Shown here piece after piece: positions 40,855-51,065 of a DNA stretch of 64,000 nucleotides (the stretch's first letter is position 1; each line of letters begins with the position of its first letter). The notes beneath the pieces were generated by a model. That model was given only the letters and a program-made list of their open reading frames with translations, made no database searches and was not told where the DNA came from. The translations under genes and the position numbers were made by a program. Source of the stretch: Minisyncoccota bacterium (GTDB lineage Bacteria; Patescibacteriota; Minisyncoccia; Phycocordibacterales; CAJBRS01); the NCBI GenBank assembly GCA_017881075.1, contig JADGRH010000001.1:59639-123638 (forward strand), written 5' to 3'.

Positions 40855-41292
40855 ATGAATAAAAATAAATCAATAGGGTTCATAATAATCGGGTTAGTAA
40901 TTGCTGCCGGCCTCTTTTATGGCGGGCTGAAATATGGAGAAGCTCATGCACAGCCTGTGGCGGGAGCGTTCGCTCGTGGAGCAGGGGGAGCTGGTGCCAA
41001 TTTTGCCGGCCGGCAGACCGCAGGTGGCGGAGCACGGGCTGGTGCGAACGGCGGCCTGGTTCTAGGTCAGATCTTAAATAAGGATAGCCAGAGTATTACT
41101 ATCGGTCTCTCGGGAGGTGGTTCAAAAATCGTTTTTCTGGCCACTTCTACACCCATAACGAAATCAGTATCAGGATCTCGGAATGATCTTCAAACAGGAA
41201 CAACAGTTTCGGTTATCGGCAGTGCTAATTCAGACGGTAGTGTCACTGCACAATCAATTCAAATTAGAACAGCTACTTCAACACCAAGATAA
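40855..41292 (+). CDS. Membrane-anchored Gly-rich protein with OB-like (DUF5666-like) domain
   Basis: TM, GAGG linker, DLQTGTTVSVIG..NSDGSVTAQSIQI. Confidence 0.65.
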   Translation: MNKNKSIGFIIIGLVIAAGLFYGGLKYGEAHAQPVAGAFARGAGGAGANFAGRQTAGGGARAGANGGLVLGQILNKDSQSITIGLSGGGSKIVFLATSTPITKSVSGSRNDLQTGTTVSVIGSANSDGSVTAQSIQIRTATSTPR

Positions 41293-42115
41293 TTAACGAA
41301 AGAAGTCCGGCCAGGATGCAGTAAATGGCAAAAGGTTTAAGAGTGTGAGTTTTAAAATATTTAGTCAGGAATCGAATGGAAAAGTAGGCAGCTATGGCGG
41401 CCGATATAAAACCAGCAAGAATTGGACTATACACAGTTTGATCGGCCTGTATTAATTGCGGCAATTTTAATACGGCGGCAGCCAATATAATTGGTGTTGC
41501 CAGCAGAAAAGAAAAGCGGGCGGCGGCCTCGTGATCAAGGCCAGAAAGGAGACCTCCGCCGAGGCTCGCTCCGGTTCGGGAAAAACCGGGCAAAAGTGCT
41601 ATGGCCTCTGAAAGACCGATTCCCAAAGTATTTTTCCAGGAAAGTTTGGCGATTTCCTCGTCCGGCCGACTACCCTCTATTTTTCTATGCCTGATTTTTT
41701 CCATCAGAAATAGCATCAGGCCGTTCAAAATCAGAAAGATGGCAATAATGAAGGAAGAAGCAAAGAGGCTTCTGAATTGCTTTTCAAAAAGCAATCCTAA
41801 AATACCGGCTGGAATAGTAGCGACGATGATAAACCAGGAAAGTTTCTCATAAGTATCCGTAATTTTTCTCTTTCCAATTGAACGAAAAAATCCTCGAATA
41901 ATCAAGAGCCAGTCTTTATAGAAAAAGACCAATAGAACTAAGGCGGTAGCCAGATGAGTAGCCACTAAGAAAATGAGGAAAAAGTTATTACTCTCATTGA
42001 TTGGCCAATTTAAAATTGCCGGCAGAAGGACACCATGCCCAAGACTGGAGATTGGAAAAAGTTCTGTCACCCCCTGAACCAACCCCAAAATTATTGCTTG
42101 AGTAAAGCTAATCAC
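41273..42115 (-). CDS. uppP: Undecaprenyl-diphosphate phosphatase
   Basis: VQGVTELFPISSLGH, PGFSRTG, AARFSFLL. Confidence 0.95.
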   Translation of the reverse strand: MISFTQAIILGLVQGVTELFPISSLGHGVLLPAILNWPINESNNFFLIFLVATHLATALVLLVFFYKDWLLIIRGFFRSIGKRKITDTYEKLSWFIIVATIPAGILGLLFEKQFRSLFASSFIIAIFLILNGLMLFLMEKIRHRKIEGSRPDEEIAKLSWKNTLGIGLSEAIALLPGFSRTGASLGGGLLSGLDHEAAARFSFLLATPIILAAAVLKLPQLIQADQTVYSPILAGFISAAIAAYFSIRFLTKYFKTHTLKPFAIYCILAGLLSLIILVLK

Positions 42116-42158
42116 CCCTCTATTTTATCACTTCCTAGCGAACATGCTAGAATTATGT

Positions 42159-42683
42159 ATGGCTAAGATAACTATTGATGGGTTGGCAGGAACGGGGAAG
42201 AGCACGGCCACCAAGATGTTGGCCGAAAAGCTCGGCTACCAGTTCTCCTCAAGTGGTGATTTTATAAGAATGCAGGCAAAAGAGCTTGGTCTTTCTATTC
42301 ACCAATTCGATGATTTGGCCAGAACCGACTCTAAGTATGATATTACACGGGACAAAATGGTAGAAAAATACGGAAAGATCCACAATGATTTTATTGTCGA
42401 GGGTAGATTAGGTTGGAAATTTATTCCCGATGCCCATAAAGTAAAATTGCACTGCGATTTTGACGCAAGGGTGCGAAGGGCGGCTGACCGAGATGGTCTT
42501 GATTTTGAAACGGCTAAACGACACACTATTCAGCGGGAAGAAGCCATTGCGGACAGATTTTTTCGTTATTATGGAATTGAAAATGCCATCGACGATTCTC
42601 ATTTTGATTTGATTATAGATACTACCAATACAAAAAAAGGTGAGGCAATGGAAATAATTTGCCGCCATTTCAACCTAAAATAA
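42159..42683 (+). CDS. Cytidylate kinase-like (archaeal-type) P-loop kinase
   Basis: ITIDGLAGTGKST, VEGRL, RFFRYYGI, FDLIIDT. Confidence 0.8.
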   Translation: MAKITIDGLAGTGKSTATKMLAEKLGYQFSSSGDFIRMQAKELGLSIHQFDDLARTDSKYDITRDKMVEKYGKIHNDFIVEGRLGWKFIPDAHKVKLHCDFDARVRRAADRDGLDFETAKRHTIQREEAIADRFFRYYGIENAIDDSHFDLIIDTTNTKKGEAMEIICRHFNLK

Positions 42684-42796
42684 GTCAAAAATCTACAACC
42701 GGGTTATCCCCACCCCTCCTATTGACTACCCCCCCCTTATGCTATTCTTATAGGTGAGGGAAGTAACTCTAAACTTTATTAATAAATATTTTTTCT

Positions 42797-44692
42797 ATGT
42801 CTAAAAATCATTTCAGACTGATTTTATCAGTTTTCTTTATAAGTGCTTTCTTTTTGGCCCATGGAGCTCTGGCGGCGACCCACCCTACACCAGTCTTTAC
42901 AGTGGATATGCATGATTACACTTACCCGCCTGAAGCTTCTACTGATGCCAACACTGGCGGGCAGGTTAGTGGTCTCCAGAACTTTTTGACAACCACTGGT
43001 TATTTCCACGGCCCAGTCAGCGGATATTTCGGTTCTGTCACCAAGACCGCCGTTGTAAACTTTCAAGTAGGCAACTGTATTGATCCTGCTTCTGGATATG
43101 TTGGGTCTGTCACCCGCGCAAGAATTGCCACTGGAAATTATGTAAACGGAGGCCCTAATCCTACAACTTGCGTTCCTGCTCCCTCTAATCCATTTATCCA
43201 AATCTATTCTCCAAATGGGGGAGAGCACTTAGTAAGCGGACAAACAGCCAACATCTCCTGGAATGCTCACAATATTCCACTTGGGGCAACACTCTCTCTA
43301 GGCTTAATACCTGTAGGAGCGCCTTGCAGTCCTCTTCCTTGTGTTGGTACTATGATGCTTATAACTACCCTTCATAATGATTCAGGTCAATACACTAATT
43401 CTGCTAGCTATGATTGGTTAGTGCCGATTATGCCTGGTCCTCAACAGTACAATATTAATATTATTGTTCGGCAAGGTAATAATCCAGAGACTCTTGCATC
43501 CGACCAGACAGATGCGCCATTTACTATCGGACCACTAACTACGACAGGACCTCACATCTCTTTTCTTTCTTCGGTCTCTGGTCGAGCCGGCAGTCAACTG
43601 ACGATTTACGGATCGGGATTTGCGCCGACATATAATACCGTTAACTTTATTGGCCCGCCTCCTTTGGGTGCTGGCCTTGCTGTATTACCATCAAACGGAA
43701 CATCTATAACGGTCACTGTGCCAAATATTGCAAATCTTCCACCGGGCATATATATGGTTGCTGTCTCGCATGATCCAGACAATTCGCCAAGCAACCTAAT
43801 GACTTTTGTCGTGCTCTCTAGTAATCAAACAGGATCTCCGGTCATCTCTTCTCTTTCTCCCAACCCTGCCCCTGTGGAGTCATCAGTAGATATTATTGGC
43901 TCAGGTCAAATAATTAGCGGCATCTTTTATCCCGTCTTAACAGACAATGGTTGTCCTGCAGTAATACTCCCGATTCATTTCAGCCCGACTACCGGAAGAC
44001 CAATATTCGACGTCCCGTTTCATTATGGGTGCTCGAACGGCTATCACCCGGTCGTCCCAGGCAACTACATCGTCCAGGGACTAGACACCAATAACTGGAA
44101 GATAAGCAATGCGGTCAATTTTGTGGTTAATGCTGGAACTGTGACGACCTGTATTCCGTACACCACTCCGGGTGTCCAGTATACTTGTGCGCCTTCATAT
44201 TCTTACATCGATCCTTCTTTTGGTCCGGTAGGCAGCACAGTTTATCTATATGGCTCAAACTTCAACCCAAACACTTTTGTCGCCCTTGATGGAAGCTATG
44301 GACAATCGATTACTCCAACCTTAATATCCTCTACTACTCTCCGTTTTATCATTCCATCAAACACCAGTCTTGGCACGCACCTTGTTCAAGTCAATGATAG
44401 AGCGTCAAGTTTTTCTTTGAGTGGCTACGGTAACTTCACTGTCACCTCCGGGCCTGCTCCTACTCCTCCGCAGAAAGACCCAATTACTACAGTCAAACCA
44501 GCTCCAAGTGTCACCCCCAGCACTTCAGCCACACCAAAATCAAATGACTCGGCTAATAAGATGCAGACAGCCAATGTTATTGATTCCTTGAACAATCTGG
44601 TCAACATAGCTAATGGAAATAATATGACAGCGGAAGTGCGTAGTGCTATCAATCTATTGTTGAGAAATTTGCAGATATTTGGCAGGTATTAG
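42797..44692 (+). CDS. Secreted surface protein: peptidoglycan-binding domain plus IPT/TIG-like domains
   Basis: Signal peptide; VSGLQNFL..GYFGSVTKTAVVNFQ; SPNGGE; repeated P.I.SLSP...G..V.I.GS.F units. Confidence 0.8.
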   Translation: MSKNHFRLILSVFFISAFFLAHGALAATHPTPVFTVDMHDYTYPPEASTDANTGGQVSGLQNFLTTTGYFHGPVSGYFGSVTKTAVVNFQVGNCIDPASGYVGSVTRARIATGNYVNGGPNPTTCVPAPSNPFIQIYSPNGGEHLVSGQTANISWNAHNIPLGATLSLGLIPVGAPCSPLPCVGTMMLITTLHNDSGQYTNSASYDWLVPIMPGPQQYNINIIVRQGNNPETLASDQTDAPFTIGPLTTTGPHISFLSSVSGRAGSQLTIYGSGFAPTYNTVNFIGPPPLGAGLAVLPSNGTSITVTVPNIANLPPGIYMVAVSHDPDNSPSNLMTFVVLSSNQTGSPVISSLSPNPAPVESSVDIIGSGQIISGIFYPVLTDNGCPAVILPIHFSPTTGRPIFDVPFHYGCSNGYHPVVPGNYIVQGLDTNNWKISNAVNFVVNAGTVTTCIPYTTPGVQYTCAPSYSYIDPSFGPVGSTVYLYGSNFNPNTFVALDGSYGQSITPTLISSTTLRFIIPSNTSLGTHLVQVNDRASSFSLSGYGNFTVTSGPAPTPPQKDPITTVKPAPSVTPSTSATPKSNDSANKMQTANVIDSLNNLVNIANGNNMTAEVRSAINLLLRNLQIFGRY

Positions 44693-44704
44693 AAAGGATT
44701 CTAT

Positions 44705-44740
44705 TAAAAAAACGCCGCCCAAAAGGCGGCGTTTTTTGTT
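44705..44740. terminator. Bidirectional intrinsic terminator
   Basis: aaaaaacgccgcc-caaaa-ggcggcgtttttt between convergent genes. Confidence 0.85.
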
Positions 44741-44743
44741 AAT

Positions 44744-45145
44744 TTATTCCTTTCTCCTCAACTCAATCTCTTCTTTTGATAAATCAAATTTAACCACAAA
44801 ATGTTCAAAGAATCCTTTTTGACCAAGTATTCCATACGGCACAACACTTCCAGAAACGTTAGGCATAAATCCTGCATCAATCTCAAAAGGCCAGCCACCA
44901 ACCATGATACTAATTCGGTGTAAGTAATAAATAGAAACTTTTCCTCCAACTCCAAAAACTTCCTCCGGTCTGCCACTTGTCAAATCAATACCAAGCAGGT
45001 CTCCAATATTAGAGTGAAAAATACATATATCAGAACCGGAATCTATCAAAACATCGTACGGAACAGTTCTATCATTATAGGTAAGTTCAATAGGAATAAC
45101 TGGCCGCAATATTTGCGACCCATAGTTCTTGTATCGAAATTTCAT
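44744..45145 (-). CDS. Retropepsin-like aspartic protease
   Basis: MKFRY..RPVIPI..LIDSGSD..GVGG..GILGQKGFF; start at 45145 (ATGA overlap with the upstream gene). Confidence 0.85.
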   Translation of the reverse strand: MKFRYKNYGSQILRPVIPIELTYNDRTVPYDVLIDSGSDICIFHSNIGDLLGIDLTSGRPEEVFGVGGKVSIYYLHRISIMVGGWPFEIDAGFMPNVSGSVVPYGILGQKGFFEHFVVKFDLSKEEIELRRKE

Positions 45146-45339
45146 AGTGCACCAATGTATGTCGCCAGCGTTTCCGGCATGCGAGTAAGAATAGGTTTTT
45201 TGTAACCATTCTTTTGAGCCTTCTCCCAAGCTTCTTTTGCGGTCTTGCCACTTCCCACAACCGTGATCTCATCTTTCTTAAGTGCCACCCACAAGCCTTT
45301 ATATTTTTTATATATTTTAGTCCAATCTATAGCTGTCAT
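45142..45339 (-). CDS. DUF5678-like small protein
   Basis: KYKGLWVAL..VVGSGKTAKEAWEKA..GYKKP pattern; coupled to the aspartic protease. Confidence 0.75.
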   Translation of the reverse strand: MTAIDWTKIYKKYKGLWVALKKDEITVVGSGKTAKEAWEKAQKNGYKKPILTRMPETLATYIGAL

Positions 45340-45590
45340 AGTTACGTTATATCAAAATTAAGGATAATTCTCAAGACGTTCGACCGAGACACTATGATAA
45401 AGATCACAGATGAATTTTCGCCAAAGGAAAGATAAAGAAAAAAGCTTCTACTGAGACTTATTTTACACACAGGATTATCCACAGCCAATTTTTTCGGTCT
45501 TCAAAAAAGCCATTTTCTCTGGTATGATTATATAGTTAGTTAAAAGTAAGGGTCGATTTAATTACAAACTTAAATACAAACCCAATCTAT

Positions 45591-45968
45591 ATGGCAAAGA
45601 ATTTAGCTGTTATTTTTGGAGTAGTATTTGTTCTTGTCGGCCTTTTGGGCTTTATTGGCGGAGTTGGTATTGTCGGACCAAATGGCACTTTTGCCACCGA
45701 CACTGTCCACGATCTTATTCACTTCCTTTCTGGTGTGATTATGTTGATTGTGGCCTTTTCCGCTCCTCAGTCTTCTGCTGGAGTTCTGAAGGTCTTCGGT
45801 ATCATCTATCTCTTAGTCACCCTGCTCGGATTTCTCACTCCCGGTCTGCTTGGTAGCCTAATGCTTTCTAACGGAACTGATAATTGGCTACATTTAGTGC
45901 TAGGCGTCGTTATCACTTGGGCTGGCTTTAGTGGCGCAAACAACACCAGCGCTCCGATGACAGCGTAA
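45591..45968 (+). CDS. DUF4383-like 4-TM membrane protein
   Basis: FGVVFVLVGLLGF, HDLIHFLSG, DNWLHL. Confidence 0.8.
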   Translation: MAKNLAVIFGVVFVLVGLLGFIGGVGIVGPNGTFATDTVHDLIHFLSGVIMLIVAFSAPQSSAGVLKVFGIIYLLVTLLGFLTPGLLGSLMLSNGTDNWLHLVLGVVITWAGFSGANNTSAPMTA

Positions 45969-45999
45969 GCAATTTTTCTCACTAGAAATTTTTTAGAGA

Positions 46000-46037
46000 C
46001 CCACCCCGTCGCTTCAAAACGACGGGGTGGGTTTTTA
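46000..46037 (+). terminator. Intrinsic terminator
   Basis: cccaccccgtc..gacggggtggg followed by ttttt. Confidence 0.8.
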
Positions 46038-46053
46038 TGATATTATAAAATGG

Positions 46054-46245
46054 ATGGAAATAAAAAACATTGATCATTACGTTTGTGCCGGAGAGTGCCG
46101 GAGCGAATCGGAAAAGCCCGCCACCTGTGTTGTTAAAAGCTGCTCAAAATATGGAGAACCTCTGGTTTCCTGCACTTGTGCCGATGGTCGTCACAAGGAA
46201 GTTTGGGATAAGGAACTGCCTTCGCCGACGAGGGATGGGTTTTGA
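46054..46245 (+). CDS. Small Cys-rich (putative metal-binding) protein
   Basis: YVCAGEC...TCVVKSC...CTCADGRH; six Cys in 63 aa. Confidence 0.6.
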   Translation: MEIKNIDHYVCAGECRSESEKPATCVVKSCSKYGEPLVSCTCADGRHKEVWDKELPSPTRDGF

Positions 46246-46248
46246 AAT

Positions 46249-47106
46249 ATGAACTTTCTCCGACCATTAGGCTTCCTATCCTTAATCGTTCTCGTGGGGT
46301 TTTTTCTCCAACACTACCATTTCAACTTTACCGATTTCAAAAATACTACCAGCGCTCTTGAACAGAAAGTTCAGCAAAAAGTAGAAGAGAATCTGCCTCC
46401 ACCGCTCCGCGGCGGCTCCTCTATCACTCCTCCCCAAAGCGGAACGATCAGCCGCTCCGGCATCATCGCTACCACTAACAAGGAAAGGGCCAAAAATGGG
46501 GGCTTCTCCGCGCTCACAGAAAATGCCAAACTTGATGCTGCTGCGGCTGCCAAGGTAACAGACATGTTCGCCAATCAATATTTTGAACACACTTCTCCGA
46601 GTGGTAAGGGGCCAGCGGACCTGGCGAATGCACAGGGCTACTCCTACATTCTCATCGGCGAGAATTTGGCACTCGGCAATTTTACCGACAATCAGGATTT
46701 ACTGACCGCTTGGATGAATAGCCCGGGACATCGGGCCAACATTTTGAATAATCGTTTTATTGAAATGGGAGCGGCGGCCACAATGGGAATGTATGAGGGA
46801 AGAAAAGTATGGTTGGCAGTTCAGGAGTTTGGTTTGCCCCTGTCTTCTTGCCCATCAATTAATTCTAATCTTGAAGCAAGGATCCAAATAATGAAGAACG
46901 ATCTTGATATTAAGGTGGCCGCCCTTCAAGCAAAGAAAAAGGATATTGACAATACCTATCCAAAATCCGGCGATACTTATAATCAAAAGGCGGCAGAATA
47001 CAACCAAATGATAGCTGATTACAACGCTGAAGTGAAAGAAACCAGAACTGATATTGATACTTACAACAAAGGAGTCAAGGCTTTTAATAATTGTGCTCAA
47101 ACCTAA
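46249..47106 (+). CDS. CAP/SCP-domain protein with C-terminal coiled coil
   Basis: TNKER, YFEHTSP, GENLA, WMNSPGHRANIL, VQEFG. Confidence 0.92.
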   Translation: MNFLRPLGFLSLIVLVGFFLQHYHFNFTDFKNTTSALEQKVQQKVEENLPPPLRGGSSITPPQSGTISRSGIIATTNKERAKNGGFSALTENAKLDAAAAAKVTDMFANQYFEHTSPSGKGPADLANAQGYSYILIGENLALGNFTDNQDLLTAWMNSPGHRANILNNRFIEMGAAATMGMYEGRKVWLAVQEFGLPLSSCPSINSNLEARIQIMKNDLDIKVAALQAKKKDIDNTYPKSGDTYNQKAAEYNQMIADYNAEVKETRTDIDTYNKGVKAFNNCAQT

Positions 47107-47113
47107 GATCTAA

Positions 47114-48280
47114 ATGCTAAATTTTTTTCACAGCTTTCATGGTAATGATCTATTAGATGTTATTCTGGTAGCCCTTTTTATCTATGTTGTTTTTATTTTT
47201 ATCAAACAGACTCGCTCTTACTTCATTTTCAATACCTTTCTGCTTCTTTTTGTCATTACCTATTTGTCGCGAACACTGGACCTTGCCCTAAGTCGTAAAC
47301 TATTTGAACCGTTAGTGGCTTTTTTCGCCATCATTTTTGTAGTGGTCTTTCAGCGTGAGATCCGTCGTTTTTTTAAATGGTTTGTTATCTCCCGTAATCG
47401 ACTGGGACGAAAAACCGAAACCATGATTACAACTCGCATTACCGACGCCATTGTGGAAGCGGTGGCTATAATGGCCAAGAAGAGAACAGGGGCTCTGATT
47501 ATTCTCTCCGGCGAATATCCTTTAGATGGCGTGGTAGAAGGAGGATTTTCTCTTGGTGGAGAAGTTTCCACCCCGCTTCTTTTAAGTATCTTTGACAGTC
47601 ATACTCCGGGTCACGACGGAGCGGTGTTGATTGATAATAAACGGGTCAAGAGTTTTGGTTTACATTTGCCTCTCACTGAAGAGTTCCGCGGCTCGCCAAC
47701 CCTAATGGGAACACGTCATCGGGCAGCTCTCGGGCTTTCAGAAAGAACGGACGCCATGATTATTGTGGTCTCGGAAGAGAGGGGAGCTATCTCTATCGCT
47801 CAAAATGGGGCACTACGAACAGTCCCCGATAGTGATAGTTTGGCGACCATCATCCGTGATTTCATTAAGGAAAATCCGCAAGAGACGCATGATTTCTGGT
47901 ATTACATTGTGGTTAAAAATTTTTTTATCAAGATTCTTTCTATTGTTATTGCTCTGGCTCTTTGGATTCTTCTTGTATTTCAGGGCAATATTTCTAATCG
48001 CGAGATCACGGTGCCGATTGAATTCAGTCATATTCCGGCGAGCGTCATTGTAGAGAAAGTGATTCCACCTGAAGTGAAGATTAATGTTTCAGGCAACAGC
48101 CGTGACGTTGCCGCTCTAAAAGAACAAGATGTAAGGGTTATTATTGATCTCTCTAAAGCGGTGGAGGGTAGCGAGCAATTTGATGTCACCAAAAAGGAAG
48201 TCGTTCTGCCGTCCTATCTTAATCTAGTCAGCATCAGCCCAACCAGAACCTTGGTCGGGCTACATAAAGTCGGACCGTGA
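47114..48280 (+). CDS. Diadenylate cyclase CdaA fused to a YbbR (CdaR-like) domain
   Basis: Three TMs, VFQREIRR, HDGAV and GTRHRAA catalytic motifs, then KILSIVIALALW TM and a YbbR-like domain. Confidence 0.88.
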   Translation: MLNFFHSFHGNDLLDVILVALFIYVVFIFIKQTRSYFIFNTFLLLFVITYLSRTLDLALSRKLFEPLVAFFAIIFVVVFQREIRRFFKWFVISRNRLGRKTETMITTRITDAIVEAVAIMAKKRTGALIILSGEYPLDGVVEGGFSLGGEVSTPLLLSIFDSHTPGHDGAVLIDNKRVKSFGLHLPLTEEFRGSPTLMGTRHRAALGLSERTDAMIIVVSEERGAISIAQNGALRTVPDSDSLATIIRDFIKENPQETHDFWYYIVVKNFFIKILSIVIALALWILLVFQGNISNREITVPIEFSHIPASVIVEKVIPPEVKINVSGNSRDVAALKEQDVRVIIDLSKAVEGSEQFDVTKKEVVLPSYLNLVSISPTRTLVGLHKVGP

Positions 48281-48411
48281 GCCTGGTGGTTTTGAGTTCG
48301 AGTCCTTAACCCCCAACAAATAAATAAAAGATAATTTTAAGATAATGTTATTGACAAAATGGCTAAATAGGCGTAGTTATATATTATTATTTGCTTAATA
48401 ATTATATTGCC

Positions 48412-49557
48412 ATGAAAAAACTTCAATTTTCAGCCATATTTTTCAGCCTAATTTTGACAGTGATGTTCTTTCCACATTTCGGATTGGCTGACACCGTTGG
48501 TCTCTCTGTGAGTAGTATGAGCAATAACAGGGTTCAGATTAACGTAAATGGCGACAGTAATTATTCTGTAGATCTTTTTTACCAAGTATCTCCGTCATCG
48601 CCCACCATCCCTGTTGGTTCTATTGGCACCACCGACTCAAGTGGTTACTTTTCTGCCATTCTAAATAGTGGCAGCTACAATCTCTCATCGGGTTATAGAG
48701 TATATGTGGAAGTGAATGGCCAGCAATCAAACACCGTGATCTGGCCGTCTTCTGACAATAACAATAACGACCAAATCACTTTCAGTCAGAACAATATAGA
48801 ATTGGATTATAACCAAAGCATCACCGTAAATATTTATGGTGGCTCCGGCTCGTATTATATTTCTTCCAATTCAAATTCTGATTTTGTCAACGCCTCAATC
48901 AGCGGTAATCAAATTTATCTCTCAACTGACAATAATAATCAGTATAACGGTGACTCGGCTACCATCCGTGTCTGTTCTCGTAATGGTAATTCAAGTTGTG
49001 GTTATCTGTATGTAACCCAGAGTGGCAATAATAATAATGAACAGGTTAGTTTCAGCCAAAATAATATTAATCTCAATATCGGCCAACAAGTTCAAACCAC
49101 TATCTACGGTTCCGGCAGTTACTACATTTCTAACAATTCTAATTCAAATGTGGTCAACGCTTATCTAAACGGCAATACTCTGAATATTACAGGAAGTCAA
49201 AGTGGTTCAGCCACTATCAGAGTTTGTTCCAATAATAGTAATTCAAGTTGTGGCAATCTTCATGTCAGTGTCAGTGGCAACTATTATAATAATAACAATG
49301 GCTACTACAATAATCCTCCCATCGTCTACGTTCAGAATCCAACCACTCCTATGTATACTCAGTCTATTTATGGCGGATTAGGCACGCCGTCCGCCGGAGT
49401 ATTCTTAAGCCATGTGCCTTCAACCGGCATCAGTTTCAATCTGAAAATGGCTCTCTTTTTCATCGGCCTCTTTATGTGGAGTGCTTTCGGTGCTTTTATG
49501 ATTCTTTCCTACCAAGAAAGCAAGAAATTACTGGCTGACCTAGAAAAGAGAAATTAA
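48412..49557 (+). CDS. Asn/Ser-rich surface protein with sortase-type signal (VPSTG-TM-KK)
   Basis: Signal peptide; two ~85-aa repeats (FSQNNI.L...GSGSYYIS.NSNS...SATIRVCS..NSSCG); GTPSAGVFLSHVPSTG followed by TM and basic tail. Confidence 0.8.
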   Translation: MKKLQFSAIFFSLILTVMFFPHFGLADTVGLSVSSMSNNRVQINVNGDSNYSVDLFYQVSPSSPTIPVGSIGTTDSSGYFSAILNSGSYNLSSGYRVYVEVNGQQSNTVIWPSSDNNNNDQITFSQNNIELDYNQSITVNIYGGSGSYYISSNSNSDFVNASISGNQIYLSTDNNNQYNGDSATIRVCSRNGNSSCGYLYVTQSGNNNNEQVSFSQNNINLNIGQQVQTTIYGSGSYYISNNSNSNVVNAYLNGNTLNITGSQSGSATIRVCSNNSNSSCGNLHVSVSGNYYNNNNGYYNNPPIVYVQNPTTPMYTQSIYGGLGTPSAGVFLSHVPSTGISFNLKMALFFIGLFMWSAFGAFMILSYQESKKLLADLEKRN

Positions 49558-51008
49558 TTGGTGTAAATATTTACGCTGGCAGTATTATTATTTTCTTCAG
49601 TCTCGTTAATATTGTTATTAGGATCAACAGTGATTCTGATATTATTATTGCTCTGATTGTTTAATCCATCTAAACCGACGGTGTAGATTCGGCTTTCGCC
49701 ACCAGCCAGAGAGGGTTGGGTGCTATCAGTATCAAAGTTATTATTTGAGTAGTAATTGTTGTTTGAATTAGGCAAGCTGATCCGGAAGACCCAAGTGCCA
49801 CTAGAAGCCGAGCCATTGTTGGTGACTTGAAAACGGACGCCAGCTCGATCGCCATTATTGATTGAAGAAGTCTGAATGTATTGTCCGCTGGATCGATCAA
49901 TAATGCCGGTATCAAGGATACTTACCGAGAGATCTACTCCGTTTGAAGTTACTCCAGAATTAGTGGCGTTGATGGTGATTGATGCCATGTTATTATCTTT
50001 TCGCAATTCTTTCAATTGATCGGTCGGATCGATATTGATCTGCACCAGTCGGTTTTGTCCGGTCTGAACGTAATCAAAGTAGACTTCACCCGCCAGAGCA
50101 ATTCCGGGCGGAATAGAAGACTGATTGTAGAGATATTTGGTTTGATCAGAAGGGGAGACGGCGGGCAAAATAGCTCGTAAAGTCCAAGGGCCGGAAGGAG
50201 CGCTGCCAATATTATCTACTTGAAATTGAACGGTCACTCGGTCATTGGTATTGACGTCGGTGGTAGGAGTAAAGACTCCAGTATTTCGGTCTCGCACACC
50301 AATGGCCGTGATACGCACCACTAGGTCCGCTGTGCCACCGGCGGTTGGGGGATTGGAATAATTTGGATTGGCGTTTGAAGAAGAGGTGGCCTTCGGAGAA
50401 GTGTTGTTATTGTTTGATCCGTTATTGTTGGGTGGAATAGAAACAGCCGTATTAATAACTACTGAAGTTTCACCACTGACTACAATTTTTCCATCTAATT
50501 TAGAAATGAAATCAACCGAAACAGGGGCGGTGACGGCAGAGCCACTGTTATTAACGCCGATGAGTGTGAATGAAGTACTGGATGCTTCAAGGCGTAATTT
50601 ATTATTGCAGTCGACTGATTGATGATTATTGCCGGTCTGATATTCCAATTTAAAATTATTCTGGCAAGTGGTACTCAAATTGTAGTAGCCATCGATGGTT
50701 GCGCCAATGTGTTTAAAAGAAACGGTAAACGATTCTTCGGAATTGATTCGACTCTTGTCAGAGCTAACAGTGATTTTCTCTTTTGGAGAGAAAAGGGAAG
50801 AAAAGGAAAAGTTTACGGAAGCGAAAGAGGAGAGAGCGGCCGGTACCAGTTTAACGATACCGATGCTTAGAACGATTAAGACGATTAGAACAACTCCCAA
50901 GATCAAAATACGCAGGAGAATACTGCGAGAAGGGGTCTTTTCAGGAAGTTCCTCTCGGATTTCCTGTCGATTAATTGAAAAGTTATCGATGTTTTTGTCT
51001 TTTTCCAT
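49554..51008 (-). CDS. Membrane-anchored protein with two CARDB-like domains
   Basis: DLVV..V.F.V.N.G..SG.W..IDP.DQ..E....NN.AS pattern occurs twice. Confidence 0.8.
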   Translation of the reverse strand: MEKDKNIDNFSINRQEIREELPEKTPSRSILLRILILGVVLIVLIVLSIGIVKLVPAALSSFASVNFSFSSLFSPKEKITVSSDKSRINSEESFTVSFKHIGATIDGYYNLSTTCQNNFKLEYQTGNNHQSVDCNNKLRLEASSTSFTLIGVNNSGSAVTAPVSVDFISKLDGKIVVSGETSVVINTAVSIPPNNNGSNNNNTSPKATSSSNANPNYSNPPTAGGTADLVVRITAIGVRDRNTGVFTPTTDVNTNDRVTVQFQVDNIGSAPSGPWTLRAILPAVSPSDQTKYLYNQSSIPPGIALAGEVYFDYVQTGQNRLVQINIDPTDQLKELRKDNNMASITINATNSGVTSNGVDLSVSILDTGIIDRSSGQYIQTSSINNGDRAGVRFQVTNNGSASSGTWVFRISLPNSNNNYYSNNNFDTDSTQPSLAGGESRIYTVGLDGLNNQSNNNIRITVDPNNNINETEENNNTASVNIYTN

Positions 51009-51065
51009 AGTGTCGCTATTATATACTACATTTACTTTTTTGTCAAATAGAGCTATAATTGGCCT

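Noticed and set aside
45146-45229. N-terminal extension of the aspartic protease ORF
   Set aside because: It overlaps the DUF5678-like gene; the ATGA-coupled start at 45145 is more plausible.
48281-48317. tRNA 3' remnant or att site (gagttcgagtcc...cccca)
   Set aside because: Only a T-loop-like word; the stems do not pair properly, it does not match the tRNA-Thr, and no integrase is present.
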